DNA of 57,106 nt from a virus (Duplodnaviria; Caudoviricetes). Below the pieces are notes generated by a model. That model ran no database searches. It had not been told where the DNA came from and saw nothing but the letters and a program-made list of their open reading frames with translations. Below, in pieces: positions 33,298-44,195 of the stretch. The translations under genes and the position numbers were made by a program. Where the stretch lies: positions 1 through 57,106 of the IMG/VR virus record IMGVR_UViG_3300048897_000037; one strand, written 5' to 3'. How positions within the stretch are numbered: position 1 is the first letter of the stretch; each line of letters begins with the position of its first letter.

Positions 33298-33829
33298 CTC
33301 GTTCCAGGTCCCCCAGTTCAACCGGAGCCCGGTCCGGTCCCTGCGCCCCACCCCCATACCTTTCACCGTGGCAGGGCTGGAGTTCGAGATCCCAGCCCTG
33401 CCGGCGGCCGACTGGTTGAACATCTTCATGCAGGACTGGACCCCGGACGACGTTCTCCTGGACCTGCTGGACAACGGGGTCGACGTGGTCTTCAAGCTGG
33501 AACCGGATGAGGTCGAGGACCTTGTCATGAACATCATCGAGGAGGCCACCGGCCGGGACTGGTGGGTGGCGCTGCGCCTCATCGGAGCTGTCCAGGGGGG
33601 ATGGCACGTCCTGGGCGCGGAGATGGTCCTGCGACACGTGGACCCGGAGAAACTTTCCCTGGCCGGGTGGCTGGACGCCATGACCTTGCTGATGCTGCAG
33701 TCCCTGGACAAGGACAACGTGACCATGTTCGTGTCCCAGCTGGAGTTGCCCCCGGTGAAGGTGCGCGCGGAGATCATGGAAGAGATCGAAATGTCCCAGG
33801 ACCAGTTCATGTCCCTGATGAGGGGCTAG
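33266..33829 (+). CDS. tail assembly chaperone 2
   Basis: immediately precedes TMP; IPALPAADWL, ATGRDWWVALRL. Confidence 0.65.
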   Translation: MAVSQPDVASSSFQVPQFNRSPVRSLRPTPIPFTVAGLEFEIPALPAADWLNIFMQDWTPDDVLLDLLDNGVDVVFKLEPDEVEDLVMNIIEEATGRDWWVALRLIGAVQGGWHVLGAEMVLRHVDPEKLSLAGWLDAMTLLMLQSLDKDNVTMFVSQLELPPVKVRAEIMEEIEMSQDQFMSLMRG

Positions 33830-33897
33830 CCCTATCATGATCTGGTAGCGCTTCGCCAAGACGGCCTACACCCAATGCTCCGAGGGGTGGTGACGTC

Positions 33898-35931
33898 ATG
33901 GCTATCGAAGGTCCCGGGCATGGGGAGACCATCGGTGAAGTCTCCATGGACGTCACCGCCGACGTCTCCCATTTTCCCAAGGACGTCGAGCAGGGCGTAG
34001 AGCGCGCCAGTACCGGGGTCGAGCCGGAGCTGAAGAAGGCCGGCGACAAGTGGGGCAAGACACTCTCCGACAACTTGGCCGGGCGCCTCCGCAAGGAGGC
34101 CCCCAAGATCGGCAAGGATTTCGAAGAGGCCCTTAACAAGGAGAAGGTCACCGCCACCGTCAAGGTGGGCACCGACGTCGAGGTGGACCGGGACCCTGTG
34201 GTCAAGGGGATCCGCAAGGCCATCGCGGATGTCGAGAAGGAACTGTCCGGGGCTGACACCAGTGGCTTCACGCTGTTCGGCAAGAACGTGGGGCAGGCAG
34301 TTCAGGACGGCATCGGGGCCGTCTTCAACGTATCCGGCAAGTCCCCGCTCATCGTTCTGCTGATCCCTGTCTTCGCTGCCATCGTCGGCCTGGTCGGGGC
34401 CCTCATTCAGTCCCTTACCATCGTGGGCGCGCTGCTCACCACCCTTCCTGCCATCCTCGGCGGCCTGGGTCTAAGCGCCGTCGCCCTTTACAGCGCGTTC
34501 AAGGGGCTGGGCACCGCCATCCAGGCTGCCTTCGCCGCCAAAAATGCCAGAGAACTCAATAAGGCGATCAAGGACCTGACGCCTGGCGCCCAAGAGTTTG
34601 TCAAAAACCTTCTCCCGCTCCGGTCGATCTTCAACGACATCTCCAAGGCAACACAAAACGAGTTCTTCCGGCATGCCGCGCCGGCAGTGAACCAGTTTGT
34701 TGACCTCTTGAAGTTCGCCGGGCCGTACATCACCCAACTGGCAACCACTCTCGGCATCATGGCCGACAAGCTGTCCGGCTTTTTTGGAGACGAGAAGACC
34801 CGCGCCTTCCTCTCCATGTTCGGCAATGACACCAGCAACTGGCTGAGTGGCTTCGGCGATGCGATCAAGAAGCTTCTGGAGGGGTTCCGCGACATAGGCA
34901 TCGCGGCTGAGCCGTTCCTGGTGAACTTCGGGGAGCAGTTCAACCAGTTCATTACTGGGTTCGCCGGGTTCCTTACTCAGCTGGCCAACGACCCCGATAC
35001 CCAGAAGTTCTTCAAAAGCATGGAGAACTCGGTCGCTTCGCTATTGGGCCTGCTGAACGCTGCATCGGACTTTGTCTTCACGTTCATGAACCAACTGGAC
35101 CAGGCGGGGGGCACCAAACTCCTGGACGCGTTGATCGACGTGTTCAACCAGTGGACCTTCATCCTCCAAGGCAAGCCAGGCACCGAAGTTCTGAAGGGAA
35201 TCATCACCCTCGGCGTCGGAGCTATCTACATCGTCGGTGGCCTCATCAGTGCCTTGCTGATCTTCATTGCCGACCTGCAAATCGCCGGGGAATACCTCGG
35301 TTGGCTTGGTGGCAAGATCGTCGACTTCCTGGGGTGGGCCCGGAAGAAGTGGGACGAGTTCTGGGACAAGTTCGGCGAGGGTCTCAGCGGCGTGGAGAAC
35401 AACGCGGCTCAGGCCTTCGATAACATCAAGACCAGCATCGGAAACACTATCGGCAACGTCATCGCCACCATCAAGGGCCTCCCTGGCAAGGCGGCCGACG
35501 CATTGGGGAACCTGGGTTCCGCTCTGTTCCACGCGGGGGCCTCACTGTTGCAAGGGTTCATCAACGGCATCGCCAGCAAGGTCCCCAACCTGAGTGACCT
35601 GATGCGCACGGTGGTCCACGCTGCTACCGATTGGTTGCCCGGCTCCCCGGCCAAGAAGGGTCCCCTGTCCGGCTCCGGGTACAGCCTCCTGCGTGGCCAG
35701 CGAATGATGGAAGAGTTCGCCAAGGGCATCGCCATGGGCGTGCCCTTGGTGGCCAGTGCCACCAACACGGCGGTGTCTTCGGTGAACTTCGGTCCGGGCG
35801 CTGTTAACGCCAACTTCTACGGGTCCACCCCCACTGAGGCTCAGGCCCAGACTTTGGGCAACGGTGTGGCTGCCGGTATCGGTGGCATGTTGGCGGCCCG
35901 ACAAGCGCGTGCAGCGATCAGGAGTATGTGA
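33898..35931 (+). CDS. tape measure protein
   Basis: long Ala/Gly-rich amphipathic helices; LPGSPAKKGPLSG motif near C-terminus. Confidence 0.85.
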   Translation: MAIEGPGHGETIGEVSMDVTADVSHFPKDVEQGVERASTGVEPELKKAGDKWGKTLSDNLAGRLRKEAPKIGKDFEEALNKEKVTATVKVGTDVEVDRDPVVKGIRKAIADVEKELSGADTSGFTLFGKNVGQAVQDGIGAVFNVSGKSPLIVLLIPVFAAIVGLVGALIQSLTIVGALLTTLPAILGGLGLSAVALYSAFKGLGTAIQAAFAAKNARELNKAIKDLTPGAQEFVKNLLPLRSIFNDISKATQNEFFRHAAPAVNQFVDLLKFAGPYITQLATTLGIMADKLSGFFGDEKTRAFLSMFGNDTSNWLSGFGDAIKKLLEGFRDIGIAAEPFLVNFGEQFNQFITGFAGFLTQLANDPDTQKFFKSMENSVASLLGLLNAASDFVFTFMNQLDQAGGTKLLDALIDVFNQWTFILQGKPGTEVLKGIITLGVGAIYIVGGLISALLIFIADLQIAGEYLGWLGGKIVDFLGWARKKWDEFWDKFGEGLSGVENNAAQAFDNIKTSIGNTIGNVIATIKGLPGKAADALGNLGSALFHAGASLLQGFINGIASKVPNLSDLMRTVVHAATDWLPGSPAKKGPLSGSGYSLLRGQRMMEEFAKGIAMGVPLVASATNTAVSSVNFGPGAVNANFYGSTPTEAQAQTLGNGVAAGIGGMLAARQARAAIRSM

Positions 35932-38618
35932 TGGGCGACTACAACCCTTACCGGCCCTACATTCTGGGCGAGGAGTGGGTGCCGATTCGCCAGGCCTCCT
36001 ACAGCTACAGCCAGGATGCCAACAGCTTCGAGCGCGGCACCAAGTTCACCACCACTCAGTCGTACAACCTGACGGAGGGTCGGTTCTACGTCGACCAGTT
36101 GAACCCCAACTTCTACCGCAACCAGATCATGAACATCTCCGTGTATCCGTACGGAGTGGCGGCGGCCGACGCGGGCCCGATCCGGCGGGTGGTGATCCCC
36201 TGCAACTCGGGAACCATCGCCAACCTGGGTACCCCCAACTCAGTGTGGGGGGCCTTGCTGCAGTCCTCCAGTGTGGCCGAAGCGGTATCCAATCCAGGCG
36301 CGGATAAGGGTGTCATCATCGCCTACAACGTGCTCACAGGCGAGGTCACCCAGCTCACCCGTACCGTCACCATGAACTTCGCCGTCAACCAGTACGCCCA
36401 GGCGCTGGCCGGCAAGCGGATCGTCGGGCTGAACTGGCTCTACAACGCGACCATCTCCCCCGCCGACGGGCTTACCTTCCTGGAGCCCATCCCGGTCAGC
36501 TTCATGCCGATGTCTTTGGAGGGCAGCGGCGGCACCACCATCCTCAACTGGCAGGACCCCATCCGAGGAACCACATTCGCCGGGGACGCTGCCCTGTCCC
36601 GCATGCGGATCGGGGACCAGGCGGTCTACTACACCAACACGGTGTACCCGTACACGATCGAGACCATGCCGTGGCGGTACGAGGAGCTGCAACGGTTCGA
36701 GACCACCAACGCCAACCCGATCAACATGGTTCTGAAGATCACCTCCCAGTTCTTCACCAGCATCGGATCAGCAGTGTCGGTGTTTCTCTCCTACTCCGCG
36801 CTGGAGGTCTTGTTCTGCGAGGAGACCCGGCTGGCCACTGGCTCCCGGGTCTACAACAACTCGCAGCTTTCCTCGGTGCTGGCCTCCAACCCCACCGGCG
36901 GCCGGGAGTTGCCGTACGCCTTGGGCGCCAACGCCATCACCTTGCGTCACCCGCAGACCTGGGCGGCCAACCCCACCCTTCCGGCCGGCCAGTACCTGGT
37001 CACGTTGTCGCAGGGCAACTGGGGGGACGTCCGGACCACCGACACCTCCGGTCACCCGGAGCCCACCATCAACGCGATCCACCAGTACTACGAGATCCCC
37101 AGCCACCCCGGCATCCAGATCAACATTCCGACCCCCACCACAGATCTGATCGTTGACAACACCCTGACCGAGACGTCGACCCAGATCCTGCCTCAGATCT
37201 CCTTGCACGCCAGCGGCGGCACCGTCATGACCGAGGTGCACGTGTATGGCCAGCAGTCCCAAGGTCAGGTGTGGGGAAACCAGACGGTTGCCCAGAAGAT
37301 CGCGGACAACATGGGGGTGGCCCGGTCCTACCCCAACATTCGCTTCTGGGCTCGTCGGTTCGGTGACACCACGGTCCCGTTGACGGTGACCAGTGGGGCT
37401 TCTGTTGCCAGCATTGCTGCCGCTGACTTTGATGATCTTGATGACATCATCGATGGTTGGAAGCAAGTCGATCTCCGGTTCCCCCAGGCCCACATCCCCT
37501 CCATGGGACTGAGCACCTTCCCCACCTTCACCTGGTCAGCTACAGGAGAACTGGCCGGCAATCGGTGGGAAGTTCTCGGCGCCACAGCTCCGGCCCTGAG
37601 CGGCATTGTAGGCAACAACTGGAACCTGGCCACTGTGCAGCTCGGAACAGCCACCTACGCCCCACCCTCCGGTACGGCACTGTTCGAAACGTGGATGCCG
37701 CAGTACGCCCCCATGGTCTCCGGCTCGGCGGGCGACATTACCTCCGACGTGGCCGTGATGTTCAGCGTGGACATGCCCGTCGTCGACGGGTTCTTCCTCA
37801 GCACCCAGAACCAGACCCTGACCGGAATAGGCCTGGAGTGCGGGGTGGATCCGTGGTTCATCCCCAGCACCCTGGAGTACCGGAAGATCTTCTGGAGCAC
37901 CACCTCCGGCACCTCTGTTCCCCTGTCCGGGTTCGGGTACTACGAACTGCAGCGCATGGACACTCTCACCGATTGGCAGACCATCGCCTTGGTGACCAGC
38001 CCCACGGTGTCCTCGTTCAACGACTACGAGCTGCGGGTGGGGGCCAACATCACCACCAGCTACCGGATCCGGGCGGTCAACAACTACCTGTTCCCCGGCG
38101 ACTGGAGTACCACTCTCACCGGAATTCACGTCACAGCACCAGGATGCTCTGGGTTGGGGATGACCAGCACCAACGCCCATGTGCTCCTGTTCACCAGCAA
38201 CGCGGTGCAGAACGGCGTCCGCAACCTGGCCTACTCCATGGCCTGGCAAGGGGGGGGAGCGGTCACTGAGAACTTCACCTTCCCTGAGGCCAGTTGGAAC
38301 ACGCTGCAACCCATGTTCCAGCGAGACTTTTTCACTGCTCTACGCCCAACCGAGCGCGGAGGCGTGGAGTTCGAGCGGACCATCCTGGTTCAGGCTGCCG
38401 CCATCTCTGCCCCCACCGTTCCCGACTTCACCTCACTGCGGGACCTGGCCTGGGATCAACTTCCGTACGTGTGTGTGCGGGACCAGGACGGAAACCGGTG
38501 GTTCGCCAACATCACTGTCCCCAGTGGACAGGTATCCCTTAACCGTTCCCTTTACATCGCCACTGTCCACATTGCTGAGGTGACCGACACGGCCGCCCAG
38601 GTGGAGGTGTCCAGCTGA
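35931..38618 (+). CDS. minor tail protein (large, beta-rich, FN3-like C-terminal region)
   Basis: directly after TMP; YELQR...SYRIRAVN. Confidence 0.7.
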   Translation: MGDYNPYRPYILGEEWVPIRQASYSYSQDANSFERGTKFTTTQSYNLTEGRFYVDQLNPNFYRNQIMNISVYPYGVAAADAGPIRRVVIPCNSGTIANLGTPNSVWGALLQSSSVAEAVSNPGADKGVIIAYNVLTGEVTQLTRTVTMNFAVNQYAQALAGKRIVGLNWLYNATISPADGLTFLEPIPVSFMPMSLEGSGGTTILNWQDPIRGTTFAGDAALSRMRIGDQAVYYTNTVYPYTIETMPWRYEELQRFETTNANPINMVLKITSQFFTSIGSAVSVFLSYSALEVLFCEETRLATGSRVYNNSQLSSVLASNPTGGRELPYALGANAITLRHPQTWAANPTLPAGQYLVTLSQGNWGDVRTTDTSGHPEPTINAIHQYYEIPSHPGIQINIPTPTTDLIVDNTLTETSTQILPQISLHASGGTVMTEVHVYGQQSQGQVWGNQTVAQKIADNMGVARSYPNIRFWARRFGDTTVPLTVTSGASVASIAAADFDDLDDIIDGWKQVDLRFPQAHIPSMGLSTFPTFTWSATGELAGNRWEVLGATAPALSGIVGNNWNLATVQLGTATYAPPSGTALFETWMPQYAPMVSGSAGDITSDVAVMFSVDMPVVDGFFLSTQNQTLTGIGLECGVDPWFIPSTLEYRKIFWSTTSGTSVPLSGFGYYELQRMDTLTDWQTIALVTSPTVSSFNDYELRVGANITTSYRIRAVNNYLFPGDWSTTLTGIHVTAPGCSGLGMTSTNAHVLLFTSNAVQNGVRNLAYSMAWQGGGAVTENFTFPEASWNTLQPMFQRDFFTALRPTERGGVEFERTILVQAAAISAPTVPDFTSLRDLAWDQLPYVCVRDQDGNRWFANITVPSGQVSLNRSLYIATVHIAEVTDTAAQVEVSS

Positions 38619-39670
38619 TGGCGTTCACCACCAACACTTTCAACACCACCTTGGATCAGGCGCGCTGGGTGGGGCAGCGGTCCAACTCGTTCCTGTTCCG
38701 GGTGGTGGATGCGGACGGGTTCAACCGGGGAACGGTCACACCGGTGCGTACCGGCACCGGGTTGTCTCATGACACTGGTCGCACCATCAAGCGCCAGATC
38801 ACACTAGAGTTCGGCGTACAGGACAGCGCCTTCCTGAACCCCGTGTCGGACCGGCTGCTGATCTTCTTTGTGGTTCCAGGAGTGGGGCAGTTCCAGCTGG
38901 GCCGCTACATCTTCACCGATGAGACATCGGCCGTGTATGTGAATGGCCGCAAGCTTCTCACCGGGGTCCTCAACGATGAGATGTACCTGGTCGACCAGCC
39001 CATCCTGCAAGGAATCAGCGGGGATGGGACCAACACGGTGTCGTTGGTGATCCCCCAGGTCCTGGCCGGTCTGCCTGTCACGTTCCAGGCCGGGTACACC
39101 CAGTTCGGATCAAAGCAGTCATTCTCCATCGGGACCAACCGGGGACAGGTTCTCAATCAACTCGCCCTAGCCGGGGCGTACTGGTCTCCCTGGTTCGACA
39201 ACAACGGGGTCCTGCAGTTTCTCCCCTCCTTCGACCCGGCCCGCCAGATCCCCGACTTCGACTTCGACGCCGGCACCAGTGTCCAAGGGCAGACTGTTCC
39301 CACCACCACCAACCTGTTGACGGCACCCAACCGGTTCATCGTCATCTCCAACAATGCCGAATCCAACAGCGCGGCGGCCGGGTTCGCTGACGTTCCCGAC
39401 AGTGCCCCCAACTCCATCGTCAACCGGGGCTTTGTCATCGCCCAGGTGTCCCAGCTGCAGGCGGCCGACCAGTCCCAGGCCCGAGGTATGGCGTTCACCT
39501 TGGCCAACCAGAACAGCATCATTGAAACGGTGGAACTGACCACGGCAGTGGATCCTCGCCACGACTCCTACAACGTGATCCGGTGGCAGGGTGAGTTGTG
39601 GCTTGAACTGGCGTGGGCGATCAACTTTGATGGCACCATGACACATTCCCTGCGCCGGGCCTACCGGTGA
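38618..39670 (+). CDS. minor tail (hub-like) protein
   Basis: position; QLGRY, WFDNNGVL, PNRFIV, DPRHD motifs. Confidence 0.7.
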   Translation: MAFTTNTFNTTLDQARWVGQRSNSFLFRVVDADGFNRGTVTPVRTGTGLSHDTGRTIKRQITLEFGVQDSAFLNPVSDRLLIFFVVPGVGQFQLGRYIFTDETSAVYVNGRKLLTGVLNDEMYLVDQPILQGISGDGTNTVSLVIPQVLAGLPVTFQAGYTQFGSKQSFSIGTNRGQVLNQLALAGAYWSPWFDNNGVLQFLPSFDPARQIPDFDFDAGTSVQGQTVPTTTNLLTAPNRFIVISNNAESNSAAAGFADVPDSAPNSIVNRGFVIAQVSQLQAADQSQARGMAFTLANQNSIIETVELTTAVDPRHDSYNVIRWQGELWLELAWAINFDGTMTHSLRRAYR

Positions 39671-40260
39671 ACCACGACACCGAGGCGCTCACGGCGGCGG
39701 CCCAGCAGGTGGTGGCCGACGCCAAGCGCCTCGGCTTGGTCTGGACCATGCAGAACGGAACGGTTACCTCAACTAATCCGATCAAGGTTCAGATGGACGG
39801 GGACGCCGTCTCCATCCTGGTGACCTCAATGGTGGGGGTGGTGTCCCTTAAACAGCGGGTCTACATCATCCAGGTACCCCCGGCTGGGAACTTCATCGTG
39901 GGCACGGTCAACCTGTCCAAGGTATCGGATGGATCCTGGGCCTCCATGACCCTGCTCAACGGGTGGACCAACGTGGGCTCGGCCGAGGTAACTGCCCAGT
40001 ACCGGTTGGTCCCATCCCCACCCAACACCCTGCAGATCGTGGGTGAAATCGTGGCTGGGACCATCACGGACGGCACCGTTATAGCCAATCTCAACGACGG
40101 GTTCCGCCCCATCCATTCGGTGACGTTTCCTCTGGCGTGCAACCCCACCAACCGGGCCGCCGTGTTGAGAATGACCAGTGCCGGCGACCTCACCATTTTC
40201 GGACTGGTTGCAGGCACCGTGCAGATCTACTTCAACACTCTCATCCCCCTGGACGCCTGA
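39667..40260 (+). CDS. minor tail / tail-tip protein
   Basis: GTVTSTNPIKVQMDGD N-terminus; W...TLLNGW, LNDGFRP C-terminal beta domain. Confidence 0.7.
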   Translation: MNHDTEALTAAAQQVVADAKRLGLVWTMQNGTVTSTNPIKVQMDGDAVSILVTSMVGVVSLKQRVYIIQVPPAGNFIVGTVNLSKVSDGSWASMTLLNGWTNVGSAEVTAQYRLVPSPPNTLQIVGEIVAGTITDGTVIANLNDGFRPIHSVTFPLACNPTNRAAVLRMTSAGDLTIFGLVAGTVQIYFNTLIPLDA

Positions 40261-41318
40261 TGAGAGTGGTGGTGTTCCCCGCCGACGCAGCGGCCTGTGG
40301 CCACAACCGGATCATCTGGCCCAGCAACGTCCTTCAGGCCCAGGGCGTGAGCATCTACATCGTCCCGCCCAAAGGGGACACGGGGTTCCTCATCAAGACC
40401 GAGGAGCAACCCGACGGCTCACAGCGTCTCGTCCAACTCACCGCCCCCGACTGTGACGTGGTTGTCCTGCAACGCCCCTCTCATGAGCTGCAGCCCCAAC
40501 TGATCCGGGCCCTGCGCAGTGCCGGGATTGCCGTGGTGGTGGACATGGACGATGACATGTCCACGGTGCACCCAGGCAACGTGGCGTTCCGGAACTACCA
40601 CACCAAGTCACGGACCCCGTTCTCCTGGCGCACCGCGTTCGAGGCGTGCAAGGAGGCCACCCTGGTCACCACCTCCACGGAGGCCTTGCAGAAGACGTAC
40701 GCCAAGCACGGCCGTGGCATGGTGCTGGACAACTTCATCCCCGAGGTGGTGCTCAACCCGGACTTCGTGCAACCGGCGACCGACGGGTTCGGCTGGGCTG
40801 GCACCCTGAAGTCACACCCGGACGACCTGCACACTGCTCGCGGCGTCCAAGCCTTGGTCGACGACGGGTTCCCTCTGCGCATCGTGGGCGACGGGAAGGG
40901 GGTGAAGGAAGCGCTGAAGCTGCGCCAGGACCCCTCTGCCACCGGCCTGGTCCAACTGGACGTGTGGTGCAAGACGATCGCCGCCACGTACAGCGTGGGC
41001 ATGGTTCCCCTGGCGCCCACCGTGTTCAACACGGCCAAGTCCCGGCTCAAAGGGATCGAACACATGGCTATAGGGGTCCCTTGGGTAGCCTCCCCCCGGG
41101 CGGAGTACCGTCGACTGCACCGGGAGTCTGGGTGCGGGTTCCTGGCCGACACACCCAAGGAGTGGGTTGGCCACCTGCGCCGGCTCCTCACCGATGAGGT
41201 GCTTCGCAAGGAGCAGGCCGAGATGGGCAGGGAGTTCATGAAGGATCAGACGTACCAGGCGCAGGCCTGGCGCTGGCAGGAAGCGTGGACCCGGGCATTG
41301 GAGATCCAGCGTGGCTGA
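40260..41318 (+). CDS. glycosyltransferase (GT-B fold)
   Basis: VVVLQR, VVDMDDD, FGWAG, PLAPTVFNTAKSRLKGIEHMAIGVPWVAS. Confidence 0.85.
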   Translation: MRVVVFPADAAACGHNRIIWPSNVLQAQGVSIYIVPPKGDTGFLIKTEEQPDGSQRLVQLTAPDCDVVVLQRPSHELQPQLIRALRSAGIAVVVDMDDDMSTVHPGNVAFRNYHTKSRTPFSWRTAFEACKEATLVTTSTEALQKTYAKHGRGMVLDNFIPEVVLNPDFVQPATDGFGWAGTLKSHPDDLHTARGVQALVDDGFPLRIVGDGKGVKEALKLRQDPSATGLVQLDVWCKTIAATYSVGMVPLAPTVFNTAKSRLKGIEHMAIGVPWVASPRAEYRRLHRESGCGFLADTPKEWVGHLRRLLTDEVLRKEQAEMGREFMKDQTYQAQAWRWQEAWTRALEIQRG

Positions 41319-41616
41319 GACATATGGCACCAGGATGAATCGGGCCACTCTGAAAGGCCTCCTGCTGGCCATTGAAGCCAACGACACCCAGTACCACATT
41401 CGGTACTCCCTGGTACTGCGTGCGGCCGGCACTGCCGCCGAGCTGGGGTTCGCCGTCGGCATCCGGATCGACCCGGAGGAGCCGGAGTGGCCGGTCATCT
41501 ACATCGAGTTGCCCACCGGCCAGGTGTCCTGGCACATGCCCCAGCACCCGGTGCCGTACGACGGGCACAGTACCGAGGAGAAGTACCGCCGGATCCAGGA
41601 GTACATCAATGGATGA
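41311..41616 (+). CDS. conserved phage hypothetical protein
   Basis: IYIELPTGQVSWH...YDGHSTEEKYRRI. Confidence 0.7.
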   Translation: MAETYGTRMNRATLKGLLLAIEANDTQYHIRYSLVLRAAGTAAELGFAVGIRIDPEEPEWPVIYIELPTGQVSWHMPQHPVPYDGHSTEEKYRRIQEYING

Positions 41617-41725
41617 TCACAAGAATGACGTCAACACCTGCCTCAACATCGGGACCATCGGGACACTGGTGGCGTTCCTGGCCTACGCCGGCCTCCTGTT
41701 GGGAGCCTGGCTGGTGCTGAAGTGA
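41609..41725 (+). CDS. small membrane protein
   Basis: AGGAG RBS, single TM, GTGA coupling to next gene. Confidence 0.55.
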   Translation: MDDHKNDVNTCLNIGTIGTLVAFLAYAGLLLGAWLVLK

Positions 41726-42414
41726 GTGACCGTTGGCGCTGCGCCATCATCCCCACCACGGGGCGTGCCTGTCTTCGGGATGCGGTGGCCGCGATCCAGC
41801 CTCAGGTGGATCGGGTGGCGCTCATCTACACCACCAACACTCCGGAGAACCACGTCAACACGGGGATGTGGACCTGGGACACCAAGGAGCCCCGGAATAT
41901 CTCCCGGTGGTGGAACCGGGGGCTCCAGTTCGTCCAGGACGACCTGATCAATCACAAGATCTCTATGCAGGCCAATGGTTTCGAGCCACGTAACACCGAT
42001 GAGTGGGACGTGGCCATCCTCAACGACGACGCCATTGTTCCTGAAGGCTGGTTCGAGGCGGTCTCCAGTGCCATGCGGGGATACGGGGCAGCGGCGGCCT
42101 GTTCCGTTGGTGGCGGGGTCAGCACCACATTCCTGACCGAGCCAGGACCTGTCCCAGGGTGGCCCAACCCGCTCACCGGGTACGCCTTCATGCTGGCCGG
42201 CGAGAAGGGCCTGCGAGCCAATGAGGATCTGCACTGGTATTTTACGGACAACTACATCGACTGGGAGTCACGAAAGCTGGGCGGCACCGTGGTGATCCCC
42301 GGTTTCCCGGTCCAGCACCTGTATCCCAACGGTCAGATGGATCCTGACCTTCAGGTCCGGACCGGGGTGGATGCGCAGGTCTTTGTTGATCTCTACGGAA
42401 TGAGGCCCTGGTGA
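41722..42414 (+). CDS. glycosyltransferase (GT-A/GT2-like)
   Basis: AIIPT, NISRWWNRGL, ILNDD, W.FTDN. Confidence 0.8.
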   Translation: MSDRWRCAIIPTTGRACLRDAVAAIQPQVDRVALIYTTNTPENHVNTGMWTWDTKEPRNISRWWNRGLQFVQDDLINHKISMQANGFEPRNTDEWDVAILNDDAIVPEGWFEAVSSAMRGYGAAAACSVGGGVSTTFLTEPGPVPGWPNPLTGYAFMLAGEKGLRANEDLHWYFTDNYIDWESRKLGGTVVIPGFPVQHLYPNGQMDPDLQVRTGVDAQVFVDLYGMRPW

Positions 42415-42722
42415 TCTTGAATCCCGAGTACATAGGACTGATCGAAAGGCTCGAAGCCTATCTCCGGAGCCGAAACGTCACAATCCCAGTCCAGATCATC
42501 AAGGTCCAAGAGGAGCTTGGCGAAGTTGCTGAAGCCTTCGTGGGCTTCATGGGCCTGAACCCCCGCAAGGGCATCACTCATACCCCCGAGGATGTGGCCC
42601 TGGAACTGGCTGACGTGGTAATGACCGCTCTGGTGGGCATCAAAATGGCCGGGTTCGAACCTGACTACATCCTGGGACTGCAGGCCAAGAAGGCAGAGGA
42701 GCGATTGAATGACGCGGCATGA
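42411..42722 (+). CDS. MazG-like nucleotide pyrophosphohydrolase
   Basis: KVQEELGEVAEA...GLNPRKG...ELADV. Confidence 0.85.
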   Translation: MILNPEYIGLIERLEAYLRSRNVTIPVQIIKVQEELGEVAEAFVGFMGLNPRKGITHTPEDVALELADVVMTALVGIKMAGFEPDYILGLQAKKAEERLNDAA

Positions 42723-43434
42723 GTTCCTGGCCGCCCTGCACGATCTGCTGCGGCCCAAGGTGTACCTGGAGGTGGGCGTCCATGAGGGCGCCTCCCTGGC
42801 CCTGGCTGTGCACTCCACGGTGGCCATCGGGATCGACCCCAAGCCGCTGACTACTTCGGTGGGCAACCAGAACATCTACACCATGACCTCGGACGTCTAC
42901 TTCGCCGGTCCTCCCAGCGGTCCAGCGCCGAGCCTCCACCTCCCGATCGACCTGGCCTTCATCGACGGGTCGCACTTGTTTGAGGATGCCCTGCGCGACT
43001 TCATCAACATCGAGCGGCACTGCGGACCCAAGTCGGTGGTGGTGTTCGATGACGTGCTCCCGTACAACCAGGCCATCGCCGAGCGGATCCAGCCGGAGGG
43101 GGACTGGACCGGGGATGTGTGGAAGGTCTGGTCCATCCTGCAGGACTACCGGGGAGACCTGGAGATCCACGCCGTGGACACGTCCCCTACGGGGACCCTG
43201 GTGGTGTTCGGGTTCGGCATCCCCCTACTCTTCTCGTCCCTGCACACCAACTACAACAAGATCGTGTCGGACTGGTCCGAGGACGACGCTGTGCCAGGAT
43301 ACGTGCTGAGGCGTGACAACGCCCTGCAGCCGGAAGCTGCACTCGCCCTGGTCAAGGAGCAGGTATGCGCATCGCCGTTACAGGGGGGGCCGGCTTCATC
43401 GGCCGAGCCGTCCTCCACCGAGCCCGGGGCCTAG
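42709..43434 (+). CDS. class I SAM-dependent methyltransferase (Methyltransf_24-like)
   Basis: YLEVGVHEGASL, IDLAFIDGSH, VVFDDVLP, WTGDVWK. Confidence 0.85.
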   Translation: MTRHEFLAALHDLLRPKVYLEVGVHEGASLALAVHSTVAIGIDPKPLTTSVGNQNIYTMTSDVYFAGPPSGPAPSLHLPIDLAFIDGSHLFEDALRDFINIERHCGPKSVVVFDDVLPYNQAIAERIQPEGDWTGDVWKVWSILQDYRGDLEIHAVDTSPTGTLVVFGFGIPLLFSSLHTNYNKIVSDWSEDDAVPGYVLRRDNALQPEAALALVKEQVCASPLQGGPASSAEPSSTEPGA

Positions 43435-44195
43435 GGCACGAAGTCTGGAGATTCGACCGGGCCGACGGCCACGATGTGCTCACCGACCTGTCCAACCTGG
43501 ACGGGGCCGAGTGCGTCATCCACCTGGCCGGCGCCCTGGGCACCTCGGAGCTGTTCGACTTCCCCGAGCACGCCGTGGAAGTCAACATCAAGGGGACCTT
43601 GGCCATCCTGAAATGGTGCGCCCGCAACAAGGCCAGGTTCGTGGGCATCACCATGCCCGACTCGGACTGGGCGAACGTGTACCAGGCCACCAAGCTGTGC
43701 TCCATGAAGCTGGCCACGGCCTGGCACCACAACTTCGGGGTACCGGTGAGTCACGTCCGGGCGTTCAACGCCTACGGTCCGGGCCAGAAGCACGGGGCGG
43801 GGCACCCGCAGAAGTTCCTGCCCACCTTCGCCTCCTTGGCCTGGCGGGGGGAGCCCATCCCGATCTGGGGGGACGGGCTGCAGTCGGTGGACCCCATCCA
43901 TGTGGATGAGGTGGCCCGGATGCTGGTGGACGCCACTCGGTTCGGCAACGACGAGATCTTCGATGCCGGCACCGGGGTGGCAGTCACCGTGAACCGGATC
44001 GCCACGTTCGTGAACCGGGTGTGCGGGCAGCCGGACACCAACGTGGTCCACTACCCGATGCGACTGGGGGAGACCCCGCAGACCCACATCCGGGCCAAGG
44101 GAGCCGGCTGGGATCTGCTGGACTGGCGGCCCACGTTGGATTGGGAGCGGATGAAGGAGACCGTGGAGTGGTACAAGCCGACCCACCTCGCGTAG
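43365..44195 (+). CDS. NAD-dependent epimerase/dehydratase
   Basis: VTGGAGFIG, HLAG, YQATK, FNAYGPGQ, IWGDG. Confidence 0.9.
   Translation: MRIAVTGGAGFIGRAVLHRARGLGHEVWRFDRADGHDVLTDLSNLDGAECVIHLAGALGTSELFDFPEHAVEVNIKGTLAILKWCARNKARFVGITMPDSDWANVYQATKLCSMKLATAWHHNFGVPVSHVRAFNAYGPGQKHGAGHPQKFLPTFASLAWRGEPIPIWGDGLQSVDPIHVDEVARMLVDATRFGNDEIFDAGTGVAVTVNRIATFVNRVCGQPDTNVVHYPMRLGETPQTHIRAKGAGWDLLDWRPTLDWERMKETVEWYKPTHLA

Noticed and set aside
33240-33300. Programmed -1 frameshift joining the tail chaperones
   Set aside because: The second ORF is in the +1 frame and I saw no XXXYYYZ slippery heptamer in the overlap; treated as two genes.
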